From assembly GCF_009834535.1 (NCBI RefSeq), contig NC_045702.1:80848001-80912000 (forward strand): DNA of 64,000 nt. Reading direction: 5' to 3'. Position 1 is the stretch's first letter. The number at the start of each line of letters is the position of its first letter. This document shows, in pieces, positions 13,001 through 25,830 of the stretch. The notes under the pieces were generated by a model. The model had not been told where the DNA came from and ran no database searches. It saw only the letters and a program-made list of their open reading frames with translations. Source of the DNA: Camelus ferus (Eukaryota). The translations under genes were made by a program, and so were the position numbers.

Positions 13001-13859
13001 GTGAGTAATAGAGAAATAAAGATAGCCACTATTAATGAATTTGCGATGATTACTTTGTGTAAGACGTGTTACAGAGTGTTCTTATTTTCATGTATTCAGC
13101 ATATCAGTTTTGATTAACAAGAAAAAATGACTGTCCCAGCTGCGAGGGTGGCCTTATCAGAAGTTGTTTGGCTTAACCAGACAATTACATTTGATTTTAA
13201 TTATGTTAATAAAAGGTAAAGATAATCATAGACTAGAAATTAAAATAGAGTTCATTAGCGGAAACGAGCCTGAATATTTTTGCTAATTATATTGTTGCAG
13301 ATCATTCAAATAAATGAAAAAGCCGTGCCAAACAATTCTCTATGGAAATAGCCAAGAGGAAAATAGAATGAATTCCTAAAGTAAAACAAACAAACAAACA
13401 AACTGAAATAAACATGGCTCATGCTTACGCAGGAGTGGTATTCAAAATACTTAGCAGCTAAGCCTGGGCCCTCATCAAAAATGGTAGGATGCTTGTCTTG
13501 GTGTTACAGCAGTGCTGTTGGAAGTGCATCCTGACCAGGTTTTAGATCTTTATATTTTGGATTATTAGAAATCTTAATGGGATTGCAAGGAGGGCACAAT
13601 GCCATTGAAGGCACAGCAGTTTTAAGTAATTAATACATTGATATTTTAGTACCCAGGATGGATGTACCAGTGCACGCAGACTGAGTATCAGCCATAGGAA
13701 ATGCCTGATAATCCACTAGTGAATATTATAGCCATTTCCCATGAAACCTGACAAATGGAATCTGTGCTGACTGTGGCCTTCACTGTCAGTATTAATTCAG
13801 AAGCCCAGGGCAGGTGCACAAGAAGAAATACCAGATACGATGCTGTATAAAAACTCCCA

Positions 13860-14509
13860 GGAGATGTCTGAGAGTTCCATTTCCGGTAACAGGAAGACTA
13901 ACTTGTAACACGCCATCCTTCAACCGAATAATAAAAAATAATAGGAAAACAAAAATAATGAGAAAAACTGGATAATTAAAAAAACTGTTTGACAACACTA
14001 AGGAACTACCGAGAAAGCTAGGAATTCGGGGGTCAACATCCTGAAGGCAAGGGAAGCACATTTAAATGAGACCTACCCACTTAGAACAGTACCATTTTTG
14101 TTGTGCAGCAGAGACCCACTTGTTTACTTAGAGTTTTCACCAAGTTTGCTGGATTCAGGTTTAGGGATACTTAGGGCAGTCTGGATTAAGGGGCCAAAAT
14201 CCCAGAGAAGAGTGGACATTAGAGATAATCATAAGAAGACTAAAGGAAGGAGAGGAGAAGGCAAACCAGCTAGGGATCTAGGAACCCAAGGATGGACACG
14301 GCAGTGAGTTCCCTGGAATTTCTTTTTGCCTCATATATCCCAAACTGGGTGTCAAAGAAGCTGTCAACCAAGAAACTCTAAGACAAAGAAGAAAGCCCCC
14401 AAGAAATGCCTGGTCTCTCTTACTGAAGGACTAGGAAATTTGCAGACTAGAATGACAGAAGGCTTTTTGACCACAGCCTCCCTCCTTTACTCCAGCACCC
14501 ATACACAGC

Positions 14510-14558
<49 letters not shown>

Positions 14559-14700
14559 ACACACACCCACTGCGTTCCCACTGCCACCTTTGTCAGCAAA
14601 GACAGAGTCTTGGCCCTCATCCAGCTCAAATGAGACCCTTTCCACAACACATATCCATAATAGGGTGGTGGCCAGCTAGGGAGCTTGGTGACATGGTTTA
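13860..14700 (+). mobile_element. Probable old L1M 5' region
   Basis: gagagttccatttccggtaacaggaag...aaaactggataattaaaaaaactgtttgac... resembles L1M 5' ends; weak recall, approximate ends. Confidence 0.35.
14513..14570. repeat. (CA)n microsatellite
   Basis: About 22 pure AC units plus an imperfect tail. Confidence 0.97.
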
Positions 14701-14733
14701 CTCACTTGGATCCACCTGATTTTCTTGAGTTAG

Positions 14734-15052
14734 TTTTTTTCCCAATTGAATTATAATTAACATACAATACTGTATTAGTTTCAAGTGTACAACATACCAA
14801 TCTGATATTTTTACACACTATTATATGACCCCCATAAGACCATGTTACCATGTCGCCATAAAAAGTTGACTTTTTATATTATTAACAATATTCTTTGTGT
14901 GTATATTACATCCCCATGACTTGTTTATCTTTAAAGCTGGAAGTTTGCACCTCCTAATCTCCTTCACCCACTTTGCCTGTCCCCCCAAACAAAACAGAAA
15001 CAGACTCACAGGTACAGAGACCAAGCTGGTGGTTGCCATAGGGGAGGGGGGA
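14734..15052 (-). mobile_element. 5'-inverted (twin-primed) L1 3' end, L1MA9-like subfamily
   Basis: Minus-strand 3' end 14734-14986 joined to plus-strand aaacaaaacagaaacagactcacag...ggggagggggg 14987-15052; TSD core ttgagttag at 14725-14733 and 15053-15061. Confidence 0.85.
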
Positions 15053-17594
15053 TTGAGTTAGGTATTGAGTTAGGTTTTGAGTTAGGTCACTTGCTTCTTA
15101 AAAAGCCCCCCAAAATAGAATTCTAAGATTTAAAAGCCTACTTTATAATTCGGTTGATTAAAATACACTGATTTTTATCATGTGCCTTTTGTTTCAAAGC
15201 GCCGCACTAGGTTTTATACTAACCACCTCATCTAATCTCCGTAAACGTCAATGTGGAGAGCGTATCCCCACATTTAACAAAAGGCATAAGGAACAAGGCT
15301 CAGAAAGATTAGGAAAATGTTCAAGTTCCCTTGATTAGGAAATGCCAGAGGTAAAATTCAAGGTCAGCAATGGCTGATCCCAAAGACTGCCGTAGAAAGA
15401 AGATTTGGTCTGTATATATGTATGAGGAAGATCAGATGTACTACAGGTAATTCCTCCATCATTAAATTTTCATTGCTGTTTTACAACCTTTAGATATATA
15501 CTAATTTGAAAAACCAAATGCTTAGTAGAAAGCCCACATATAAAGAGGAGAGTTTTATGAAAATCTTTGTTCTCTGAAGTTCTAATTCAGACTTAAAGAG
15601 CAATTCCAATGGATGACAATAACAGGATGGGCAGTAGAAATTATTTTCAGACAAATAAAATTAACTTCAATGCAACAGTGAAATAATTCAAGAATATTAT
15701 GTCACTGCAGCTTTACTTACGTGCACAAAATCATTTAGACCCTGATCCCTTTACCTCGGATAAGTCTAAGTTTGAGATATTTTTCAGGAACACTCTTTAA
15801 CTCATAGAGTGATGAATAAATATTTGAGTGTGATCTGTTTTAGATATAGTTTTGTATTCTGTCCCTAGACAATGACTGATGTTCATTATTTCCATCTGTA
15901 AGCAATGAGTTAAATTGCTTTTTTTTGATGCAGTCCTTTTATTTACTAGTCAAAGAATATTACGAATGATTGAAAGGATTTATAAAATGAGGTGGCTGAG
16001 GTTTGTTCTTATTTGTTCCCAGCTGAAAGCATAATGTGCTTAATGCTTCCAGGATATGGAGGAGCTAACAGATGTCAAAAGAGCAGAGAAAGCTACTTTG
16101 CAAAGATCGTTCAAAAGCCAAACACAAATCTTTTCTCTTACAAAATTCGTAAACTTTATTTATAAGACATTAATTATATTTGACAGAAAATGCATTTGCT
16201 ATTTATATAAAATGTATCTTTTTCCATTTTAATTAAGAAAATAAAAGTTGTTATGATAAAGGTAAGACCACGGGATTAAAATTAGTGTAACATAAGTTTG
16301 TCTTCATCAAATAACCATTACTGTAAACTGTTTGTGTAACTCTTAACTGTCTACGCAGACAAATAATTCTGCTTAAAGATGGAAACAAAATTATGAAAAA
16401 AATCAAAGAATGTTTTTTTTGTACTTGCTATTTTGCTTAACCATCATTCTAACTGATCTGAGTTTCCAAGAACCAGCATTCGATGCTGGATATTTAATTC
16501 CATAATAAAATATGGAATGTGGATTTACTTTAGGGACCAGAGGTCTGTATGGCTTGCTAACTAGGTCAGCTTGGTGTGCTTGAAAGAATAACCATAATGT
16601 TGCACATTAGAATTTTAAGAGCAAGATGGCAGTTTGAAGGGATAAATTTCTTAATGCTGTTTCCATAGGTCCCGTGTAAACAAACAGGAGAATGTTGGCA
16701 AGTTTTTGCAATCAAGGCTAATGTTTAATAGGCAGGAAGGAGCAAAAAAATGGAAATATCATGCCTGGATTTACATTTTGTCTTACCTCCATCCACATTC
16801 TTACTGTTAAAACAATCTAAAAATATATTTAAGATCTCACCTAGGCTGCCACTCTGCTCTTATAAACATGTTAGTTTAATGGATCGGTTTGTTTCTGACA
16901 GACGCTCCCTTTGGAATTAATGAGGAATACTCTGAATATAGCAACTATTTGGCCTTACACCCTTTTATCTTATGTCCCTCTTTTGTTGGTCTAGTTCTCA
17001 CTTTTTTTGTTGAAACTTCTCCCACCCACGTGGAGATCATGAGCAATCATTTTGATCCCACCCCTCTGGCCACACTTGATTGGCCAAGGGTGGACCTAAG
17101 ATGGGTCCATATGAAGCGTTACCACAGAAATTTGAATAATGGAAGGAAGAGTTCCTATCTGGCGGCTGGAGATGCATTGATTTAATTTTTAAAGCCACAT
17201 TGAATCTATACATCTATCTTAAGACACATCGTGACTTTAGAAATATGAACACGCACTCGTGTCTTTGAGTAGAAAGGAGCAAAGTATATTAAGCAAGTTT
17301 TAATCTGAAACAGGGCCAGGGTGATCAGCGAAGGAGTTTTACAAAGGCAGTGTCACCTGTGCATGTCCCAGTCCTGTCCAGGCACTGCCAGTATCAGAAG
17401 ACTTCTGAGGTAGATGACCTTGTTCGGAGCAGTGGTTTATTGTCAACAGACTTGCATATTCTGGGCTTGTATTGAGAGCCATCCCTTTGATGAGAAGGAT
17501 ATGTCAAGGGATCTTCAGTTGACTCAACTCCCCTTGTCCTGAGTCCACATTCACCAGCAACCTATACATCCCCCCAAAGAAAATATGCTGATGG

Positions 17595-17730
17595 CAGGGA
17601 AGATATAGCTCAGTGGTAGAGCGCGTGCTTAACATGCATGAGGTCCTGGGTTCAATCCTCCATTCAGTGCCTCCATTAAAGTAAACAAATAAATAAACTG
17701 AACTACCTCCCCCCCCAAAACAAACAAACA
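17595..17730 (+). mobile_element. Vic-1 SINE (camelid, tRNA-Ala-derived)
   Basis: tatagctcagtggtagagcgcgtgcttaacatgcatgaggtcctgggttcaatcc, then AT-rich spacer, C-rich segment and A tail; perfect 15-bp TSD aaaatatgctgatgg (17580-17594 / 17731-17745). Confidence 0.93.
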
Positions 17731-18056
17731 AAAATATGCTGATGGAATATACTGGACTTAATGTAACTATCTGGTCTCTGTGACCATTGGCTGCTGATGA
17801 ATTTGATAAAGCCTCTTCTTATAATTATGTTTCCATGTAGTTGACTCTAGGGGAGAGTGGAGCAGTCATGAAAACATGAATATCTATGCTCCAGGTAACA
17901 GCTATATACATTAAGGAGTGGCATTCTGGCGTCTGTTTCAGTCTTAAAGGCAGTTTGATTTTGAGTGTATTGGCTTTCTTGGGACAGAGAGCTGACAAGA
18001 AGCGGGTTCTGGGTCTTTGAAGCACAAGGCTGGATCTAGTTGGAATTCCCTTAGAC

Positions 18057-18225
18057 TAGTAATTTTCAAATCTGTCAGTGTATCAAAATTATCTAGAGAG
18101 CTTTTTAAAAGTATGATTCCTGTGCTTGGAATTCTGATTGAGTAGATTAAGTATGTCACAACTATTCATATTTTTAGAAACACTCCCTGGATGATCTACT
18201 GTATAGCCATGTTTGGGAACCACCA
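18057..18225. mobile_element. MER5-like hAT-Charlie MITE
   Basis: tagtaattttcaaatctgtcagtgtatcaaaattatctagagagctttttaaaa...tttgggaaccacc resembles MER5. Confidence 0.6.
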
Positions 18226-18559
18226 CCTTAAACTATCTCTGTATGATATTCAAATGCTCTTCCTTTTATTAATTTTTAAAAAGCCATAATTTGAGTTAGT
18301 GAATTACTAGATTTGCCTAAATTATGCTCATAAATTTGGCCCTAGATGGACTTTCTAGTTGAGTAACCATAAGATACATTTCTGACTGTAGAAGAGGTGA
18401 AGGGAGGAATGGCAACAAAGATGGAAAGTGGGAGGGGCATCTTTGATGTTGGTGCCCTGCTCCCTTCCCTAGAGGCTTCAGCTCAGAAATGGTTAGTGAA
18501 GGCTTCACCCTTAACAGTAACAGTATCCTTTCTCTAGTTAGTTGCTTAATTGATCAGCT

Positions 18560-19950
18560 TCTGAATTGTTTTTGTTTTCATCATTATAGGCTATTACATG
18601 TGGTCATTTGCACTGACTAGTAACATCTACACCATTGGCTTCATCTTTTTGCTGTTGAGAAGTCGGCTGTCTATCTAATTGTGTTCCAGTGTAGGAATTT
18701 TTTTCTCTCTCTTTATTGCTTAGCTTAAACTTTTCTCATGGCCCTTTTTTTTTTCCTTTCAGTTTTTCTGAGATGTTCCTGAGTATGGATTTATTGATAT
18801 CTTTATTATCATGGAATTTGCTAGGCTTCCTGAATCTGATAAGTTATGTCTTAACATCAATTCTGAAAAATTCTTCAAATGTTGACTCTGTATTTTCTCT
18901 CTCTGGAGCTCCAATTAGATGTGTGTTAACTCTTACCATGTTATCTTCCTGTATTTTAGAACTTCTCTTTCTTCTTTTAATTCTTCGTTCCTTCTGTTGC
19001 ATGCTGGATAGTATCTTAAGTTCTCTTTTGCAATGAGCTAAATGCCTCTTCAGCTGCGTCAAAGCTGATGTTTAATCTTTCCATTGAGTTTTTAGTTTAA
19101 TGATTTTATTTTTCACTTCTATGTCTTCAAATACTTCTGATTATTCTTATAGGCCTTTGGTTTTTTTCTTATAATTTTGATTCTTCCTTTTATTTCCTTA
19201 AACATATTTGTATGCTGCATCTGATAATCTAGTATCTGAAATAATTGAATATCTGATTCTTCGTTTTGTTCTCTCTTGTTCACGATGGCTTATTTCCAGG
19301 TATGTTTTATGTGTTATGTTCGTTGGAACTTTATCTGTCAGAATTCTTCGAGGCCTTGATTGGGAGCAGATTCCTTTGCATTGGCTTCTGGTAGAACTAT
19401 GACACTTCAAACCTAGTGATTCTTTTTATTTTTGTATTTATTTATTATTTGGGGGTAGGCAGTTAGGCTTATTTATTTATTTAATCTTTCTTTTTTTGAG
19501 GAGGTACTGGGGATTGAACTCAGGACCTCGTGCATGGTAGGCACACACTCTACCACTGAGCTCTACCCTCTCCCTCAAACCTAGTCATTGTTTAAACTAC
19601 ATTTCACCTTATAGTCTTTGTGACATTCAAAATGGCATGAATTCAAGCTCCAAACCTGTATAAGTACAGACTGGTGGTTGTACATTCTCAAGGAAATTAT
19701 TTTACTAATCTTCATCAGAATCAGAGTGAGACACAGAATTTTTCTTGCCATTGTACCATGTGAGGTGGTTTTTCTTTCTGATTTACCATTTCACTGAGGT
19801 TATAACAGTTTGGGCTGGTCCTGACTTTATGGGATGTGGGGCTCAAGTATGACTTCTCACCTTGTACAAGCCTTAGGCTACATCTTTTATTCTTCATGTG
19901 GTCATTTATACCACAACTGTGGGTCAGTGAGCATTAGTAAATGTTCTTGG
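18560..19950 (-). mobile_element. Old L1 ORF1/5' region fragment
   Basis: Minus ORF 18844-19062 contains ...NTHLIGAPERENTESTFEEFF..., resembling the L1 ORF1p motif NIRLIGVPE...IFEEI; interrupted by a Vic-1. Confidence 0.7.
19422..19574 (-). mobile_element. Vic-1 SINE
   Basis: Reverse-complement tRNA-like head (ggggattgaactcaggacctcgtgcatg...taccactgagctctaccctctccc); TSD tcaaacctagtgatt (19407-19421) / tcaaacctagtcatt (19575-19589). Confidence 0.93.
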
Positions 19951-20301
19951 GGCAGCTGCTGGCTTCAGAATTTAATTAACTTCTTTATGATTTTCTCTGT
20001 TGTTTGTGTCCTCCCTTCCTCCCCCTATGCCTCCCTCACCACTCCCCGCAAAGGATTTCTTTTACTGTCTTGTTAACGCAGCCATACATGTATACTATTT
20101 AAAAAAAAATACATTTTAACATTTTAAAATATCTTTTATCAGGGGGATTTTTCATGATAGTTAATCCACTTTATTTCCATACACAGAAGTTCCATGTTCT
20201 TTTTAAAATTTAAATTTTCTTTTCAGTCTCCAGTTCTCATTTCATGCCACAGACATTTTGAGCAATCAAGCAACACAAAAGTTTACAGGAGTCTTAATAT
20301 A

Positions 20302-20717
20302 TGGGAATATGTTGGAGATACTGCAGGTTCAGTTCCAGACCACTGCAGTAAAGCAAATATCACAATAAAGCAAGCCACACGGAGTTTTTGGTTTTCCAGT
20401 ACATGTAAAAAGTATGTTTACTCTATACTCTAGTCTATTAAGTGTTCATTATGTCTAAAAAAATAGAAATAGGTTAATTAAAAAATACTTTATTGGTGGG
20501 TGTAGCTCAGTGGGAGAGCGCATGCTTATCATGTGCAAGGTCCTGGGTTCAATCCCCAGTGCCTCCATTTAAAAAAAAGAGAGGAAATACTACTTTCTTG
20601 CTAAAAATGGTAACCATCATCTGACAATGCAGGGTTGCCACACACCTTCAGTTTGTAAAAAAACACATTATCTGCAAAGTGCAATGGAGCAAAGAGCTAT
20701 AAAATGAGGTTTGCCTG
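20302..20717 (-). mobile_element. Internally deleted Tigger1 derivative (Tigger1a_Art-like MITE)
   Basis: Both Tigger1 termini recognisable (ggagatactgcaggttcagttccagaccactgcagtaaagc... and ...gcagggttgccacacaccttcagtttgtaaaa...tgaggtttgcctg); TA on each side. Confidence 0.85.
20496..20585 (+). mobile_element. Short Vic-1 SINE nested in the Tigger1 MITE
   Basis: tgtagctcagtgggagagcgcatgcttatcatgtgcaaggtcctgggttcaatccccagtgcctcca plus A tail; flanks tactttattg (20486-20495) / tactttcttg (20591-20600). Confidence 0.9.
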
Positions 20718-20869
20718 TATATCTTTTCTGATACCTTTTTTTTTTCTTTCTGGTGAGTTAATAGATACCTAAAATAATGCTTTCCAAAATGAGTTCTCTA
20801 GAACACCGATTTGTAGTTACATGATCGAATAAAGCTTGGGAAACACCAAGTTAAACAGGTACAGATTTC

Positions 20870-21060
20870 CTTATTGAAGAAATTGGGTGGTGTGTAACAC
20901 ATCTGTGCTTTTTTGAGAGTAGGGTATCTCATAGGACTGGCGTGTTTCCTGAGCCACTTGAGGAAAGCTGATGCGAAGTGAAGATGACCTCCTTAAGGCA
21001 AAAGAAGTAGTTGGTAGCAGAGTCAAGACCAGAACCCAGTTCTTCCAACCCTCCATCCTC
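20870..21060 (-). mobile_element. MIR SINE fragment
   Basis: gaggaaagctgatgcgaagtgaagatgacctccttaagg...ggtagcagagtcaagaccagaaccc. Confidence 0.55.
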
Positions 21061-22799
21061 TTTATTATGACAATAGAACATTCTGGAAGCAGCTACTCAT
21101 GACACTGTTTCCAGTAGTACCCCATCCCCAAATTGAAATGCTTTAAGAGCCTGCCTTCTTTCACTCGATGAAAGGGACATTGGCTTCTTCCCCAAAGACG
21201 GCTCAATTGGAAAGCTCCAGAAGTTCTTTAAGGAAAATAAAGGCTGAAGTAGAAAAGTGGGGGTTCCGGGTGATGACCTGAAGGAGAAAATCGAAGTTTC
21301 CACAGGGCTTCCATCCAAATCAATGCAGGGACACTGTAATCTTGTCTGATTTTGAAGAAGGTTTGGGTTCTCCTGAAAATCATCGTTTCCAGTTGGCAGG
21401 GACCAAACTCTAAAGAACAAGTTGTGACCGAAACTTTTTTTGAAAACTACCTTTGGATTTGAACCAGCAGGATGTGCACAGTTTCTGACTGTTAGTGCGT
21501 TTCCCCCCACCGTTACCCAGAAAACGGACAATGGGAACTTGTGGAGGGTGAAGAGCACTGTTATTTACATTTTTGTGCCAAAACATTATGAAGTGGGCTA
21601 GTCGAGCATTCGGAGTGAGTGCAGCATGTGAAAATTAATAGGAACATTCTGAATATGTGATCTTTTACTTGAAACAATATAAATGAAAAGGATTCTGCTG
21701 AGGTACTTTTTTGACCTCTTTTAAATGTTTCTTTATTTTTTTTTTTTAACACTCTCAGTTGTGTATAATAACCTCTTTGGATCCTAGATCTCAAAGTTCT
21801 TTCCTTTCAGAATTTCCTTTTCTCTGTTTGTCTGTGTACCCAAAATACTTTTCAGGGGAAAAAAATAAGACGATGCCTTGGGTCCACTAAATAGTAAACC
21901 ATGTCTAATAGCATTGAAATAGGACAATGAGGGTGGGTATTGTGTTTGGAATGAAGTGCTGGTGCCCCATTTAGTCATAAAGCCATGAAAACAAGTGGAT
22001 ATATACAAAGATATTCCAAGGGGAGAACATTATAGACATTTTAGGGAGAGAACTTCTAATTGAGAGGTAAGGAATGACCAGCATTTCTGAGAAGGTGCTT
22101 TGTAAGTTGGCAACTTGGTAGACTTTGCATTAAAAGGAAGCATATTCTAGAGAACTCATAATAATGAGAAATAAGAAGAGAAAGAAGAAAGAAGAAAGGT
22201 TGGTTAAGCACTGTGCATGTAGTATTGTATTGCTGTATTTGTACCTCAAAAGCTGAAGACAATTTCCATCATCATCAGCCTTAATTCACCAACAAGGCTT
22301 AGAGAGCTAACAGACTAGAGTAACTTGTTCCAAATCTTCCATTATACATGGTAGGCCAGGGATTTGAACCCAGTTTTTTGCTGACACTATACCCCTGGTC
22401 TTAATCACAAAGCTGCATTGCCTCTTACAGCGGCTGTGGCTACAGGTTGTATCTTTTTTTTAATGTCTTTTCTACTGGTCATGACTAAGTTTCCTCCATT
22501 TGTAGCCGACAGGGCAAACTGAGGGGTCTCCTTTGAGTCCTGTGATAACTTTTCACAGTCTAATAGGATGGAGAGGAGGGCAGGTGACGCACAGTGTACT
22601 TCTATGCGTTTTACGTCAGTGCTTACAAAGTAGCACAACGTGAACTGATATTTTAAACTGTAAAACTGACCTTCAAAATCAGTATTTGACTTAAGGGACA
22701 CAGCAGTGAGCGGTCATAATAGCCCAAGATAAAATCTGTACCTGCCTTATTCTCTCACCAAAAAACTGCACACCAGGCAGGTCTTTATAAACCATTTTT

Positions 22800-23755
22800 T
22801 CATTTGGAAAATATGACCACTCTCTTCATAATACACAGCTCAGTTATTTCAATTTCCTAACTCAAGCTCTCACAGTTGATGCTGGTTATCTATCCTCTGA
22901 AATCCCTTCCTCTTCTTGTATTTACTCTGAATTATTGACCCCATCAGTCACTGTAGTTGGAAACTTTGCAGTCTTCCTAAGCTGCTGCTTCTCCCTCAAC
23001 CCCCACGTCCATCTGGTCAACAGAACCCCCCAATTCCAAGTCATATATGTGTCTCAAAGTTATCCCTTTCTCTTCATCCCAAAATTTCCCATCCTATCTG
23101 CCTTATAGGCTAACGGGCTTTCTCATGTCCACTGCTTGGCTTAGGCACTGATTCCCAGGCCAGCTGATTGTTTCCAAGCTTACAGGATCACATGATAAAA
23201 AGCATGGCTCCCAGAAGGAGTTGCTTTGCTTAAAAGAGGTGATGCAAGGAAGTGGTAGGTACTTTTAGGATTCTGGGCCTCTCAATGTTGGACTGATAGC
23301 CTGCATACCCTTTACCTACAGGTCAGAATTCAAACCCCATAGCCTGGATGGGGTCAAAAGCAGGACCCCGTCCACCTTCCCTGCCCCTTTTGCTCTGCTC
23401 CCAAACTCTCGCCACATGCATTGACCACCCACGTTTGCAGCTTTATACGAATGCTTGGTCTCATGTTGTTTCCTCTGGTTGGAGTGTGCATCCTGTCAGG
23501 TCCACCAGGAGAGCTCTAATCCCTCCTTCACAATTCAAGCATCAGCAACTTTGGCGGAATCCCCAGCCACACACTGATTCTCCAAGCCGCCTTACACCCC
23601 TACAGACATACTTCCTAGCACTTATTAAACCGTGTTATAATAATAACTTGCTATTATGTCTTCCTCCCCGCCCAGTGACTTTCTTGAGTGTAGACCCATA
23701 TTCCATTTATCTTTTATCCCGAGCCCCAGGTCAATAAATGCGTATATTGAACGGG
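22800..23755 (+). mobile_element. L2 LINE 3' fragment(s)
   Basis: Pyrimidine-rich L2 body ending ...ccccaggtcaataaatgcgtatattgaacg. Confidence 0.6.
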
Positions 23756-24742
23756 TGATTGTGTTAAGATTAACTAATTATGATGCATGTCTCTCGCCCC
23801 TTGAATACAAATTCTGTTGTTTCGTGTGGCGCGCTCCTTTTTGCAAGATACTTTGAGATCTGTACAAATGAATAAATATAAAGAAAAGAAAAAGTCGTGT
23901 TTGGAGGCAGAACGTTAAGATATTGAGAAGATACAGGAAGTTTTTTTTTTAAGTTAACCACAGTAAAAGATCAAGTCAGAATTCACTGCTTGCTGACATG
24001 GCTTTAATCAAAACAAGAAGTGACTTTTAATCCATGTCAGCAAATCATACATCCTAATGCTAGTGGGTAGCATTTCAAAGTGTTTTGGTGTCTTGCATTT
24101 TAAATAAAAATATACTGTGTGCCTCAATGCTATAAGGTTTAAATACCACCACTTATCTTCTCCATGCCTTGTGAATGCTACTCAACTTCTCTGAGCATCG
24201 TAATCTTTACCTTGAAATGTAAGCCATGAAACCATCTCACAGAATTATCATCATTATTATGTGGCTCCAAGGAAGTAAAATATCGAAGTTCCTCAAATAC
24301 TGGCTGACATAATTAATGCACTTAATAATAAATGTTGATATCTTTCTCTTTTGTTTTAAAAAAGTCATTTTTGTTAAATGGAACCCAAAGTGTTGGGTTC
24401 ACAAATACATAATAACTTGGCCATTCCTTGTCACTTCTCTTCTTGTGTCATGCGGCCCTGCGGATCTCCAAGAATTGGTCCTCTTACTTGCCCAGGCCCT
24501 CAGATCACAACTTCTTTATTTTAACCCACATCAAGGTTATTGCAGCATTTTGAGAGATCTACTTAGGAACAGCATGCTACGTTCGAAACCTTCTAAAGAC
24601 AGTGTACTAAAAATACCCTGTGTGTTTTGTTCAAAATATTGACAGAAGTGTGTTTCTCAAAGACAATTATCCAAACAACCAGAAGAAAGGACAGAGTAAA
24701 GGGCTAGACGAGGGTTGGTGGGTTGATGGTTGACATGTGAAA

Positions 24743-24909
24743 NNNNNNNNNNNNNNNNNNNNNNNNNNNNNNNNNNNNNNNNNNNNNNNNNNNNNNNNNN
24801 NNNNNNNNNNNNNNNNNNNNNNNNNNNNNNNNNNNNNNNNNNNNNNNNNNNNNNNNNNNNNNNNNNNNNNNNNNNNNNNNNNNNNNNNNNNNNNNNNNNN
24901 NNNNNNNNN
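24743..24909. other. Assembly gap or masked run (167 N)
   Basis: N run seen directly. Confidence 0.98.
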
Positions 24910-25689
24910 ACCTGGGCTCTGTATCCTGTCGTTTATTACGTTTGTCAGTTGAAGCAGTAAGGATTACGGCAGCAGATTTATGAATTTTTCAGAAAAGCTG
25001 GCATGGAGCAGCCTTCCCCTTGGCACGAGCCTGGGCAACGTGGTGAGGGAAGTTTGTGAAACCAGCAGAACGCTGGATACCCTGTCACAGACCTGTCGCA
25101 CACAAAGCCAGGTGACAGATTTAGGAAGGGCTCCCTTCCTGAGAATCAGCACGATCTCATTCAGAATCTTTAGGTAGAAACATTCTTTCTGAGCATAAGT
25201 GTGGTGGTGGCTCCAGTCACCGTGGGTCTGGAAAATGACATTGTGCTCCACGCAAATATTTGTTTTCATTTCTGACATTCAGGAATCATTGTCGTGAATC
25301 TCCAAAGAGTCACTCTTGCCTATCCTGCCAAGGAGTAGGATGTATTCGTTTCCCTCCCGTGACGGGGGCATTACAGCTCGTGGGGTTCTTAACCTCTTGC
25401 TAAGGTTCCCTGCTCTGAATGGTGGGGATGTTTGTGGTCTGTGTATGTGGTCCAGGATGTTGCACTCGTGGCCTTGTAAGATATTTGCTCTTCCTGCTGG
25501 ATTCCACAGAAACCAAGATTTCTATTTTTTTTTTTCTGCCATTGCTCACCAAAGATCCAAGTTTCTCTATTTTTTATTTTCTACCCAAGAAAGTGTACAG
25601 GGGGTACAGAGGGTTCTAGACTGGGTACAGAACTTGAAAGTACTGTGTCCTAAATTTATAGTGTCCACAATTATAGGGTGTTGTTTACT

Positions 25690-25830
25690 ATATTTGGGGC
25701 ATTAATTCATTGAATCTTGTCGCCCTTACACTGGCCCATGAGGTAAGGGCGATTATTGCTACTATTTGAGAGATGAGGAAACTGAGACAGAGGCAGTTAG
25801 ACGGTTTGGCTCAGGTCACAAAGCCAGTGA
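25690..25830 (-). mobile_element. MIR SINE fragment
   Basis: cccatgaggtaagggcgattattgctactatttgagagatgaggaaactgagacagagg...aggtcacaaagcc. Confidence 0.75.

Noticed and set aside
15053-15087. ttgagttagg tandem as an interstitial telomere
   Set aside because: No TTAGGG units; it matches the L1 target-site sequence instead
17595-17680. tRNA-Ala-like sequences here and at 19500, 20496, 42390, 50690 and 56860
   Set aside because: A tails, target-site duplications on most copies and decayed stems mark them as Vic-1 SINEs, not tRNA genes
21097-21558. 153-aa minus-strand ORF in unique sequence
   Set aside because: No recognisable domain, no convincing splice or start context; a few ORFs of this length are expected across six frames of 64 kb
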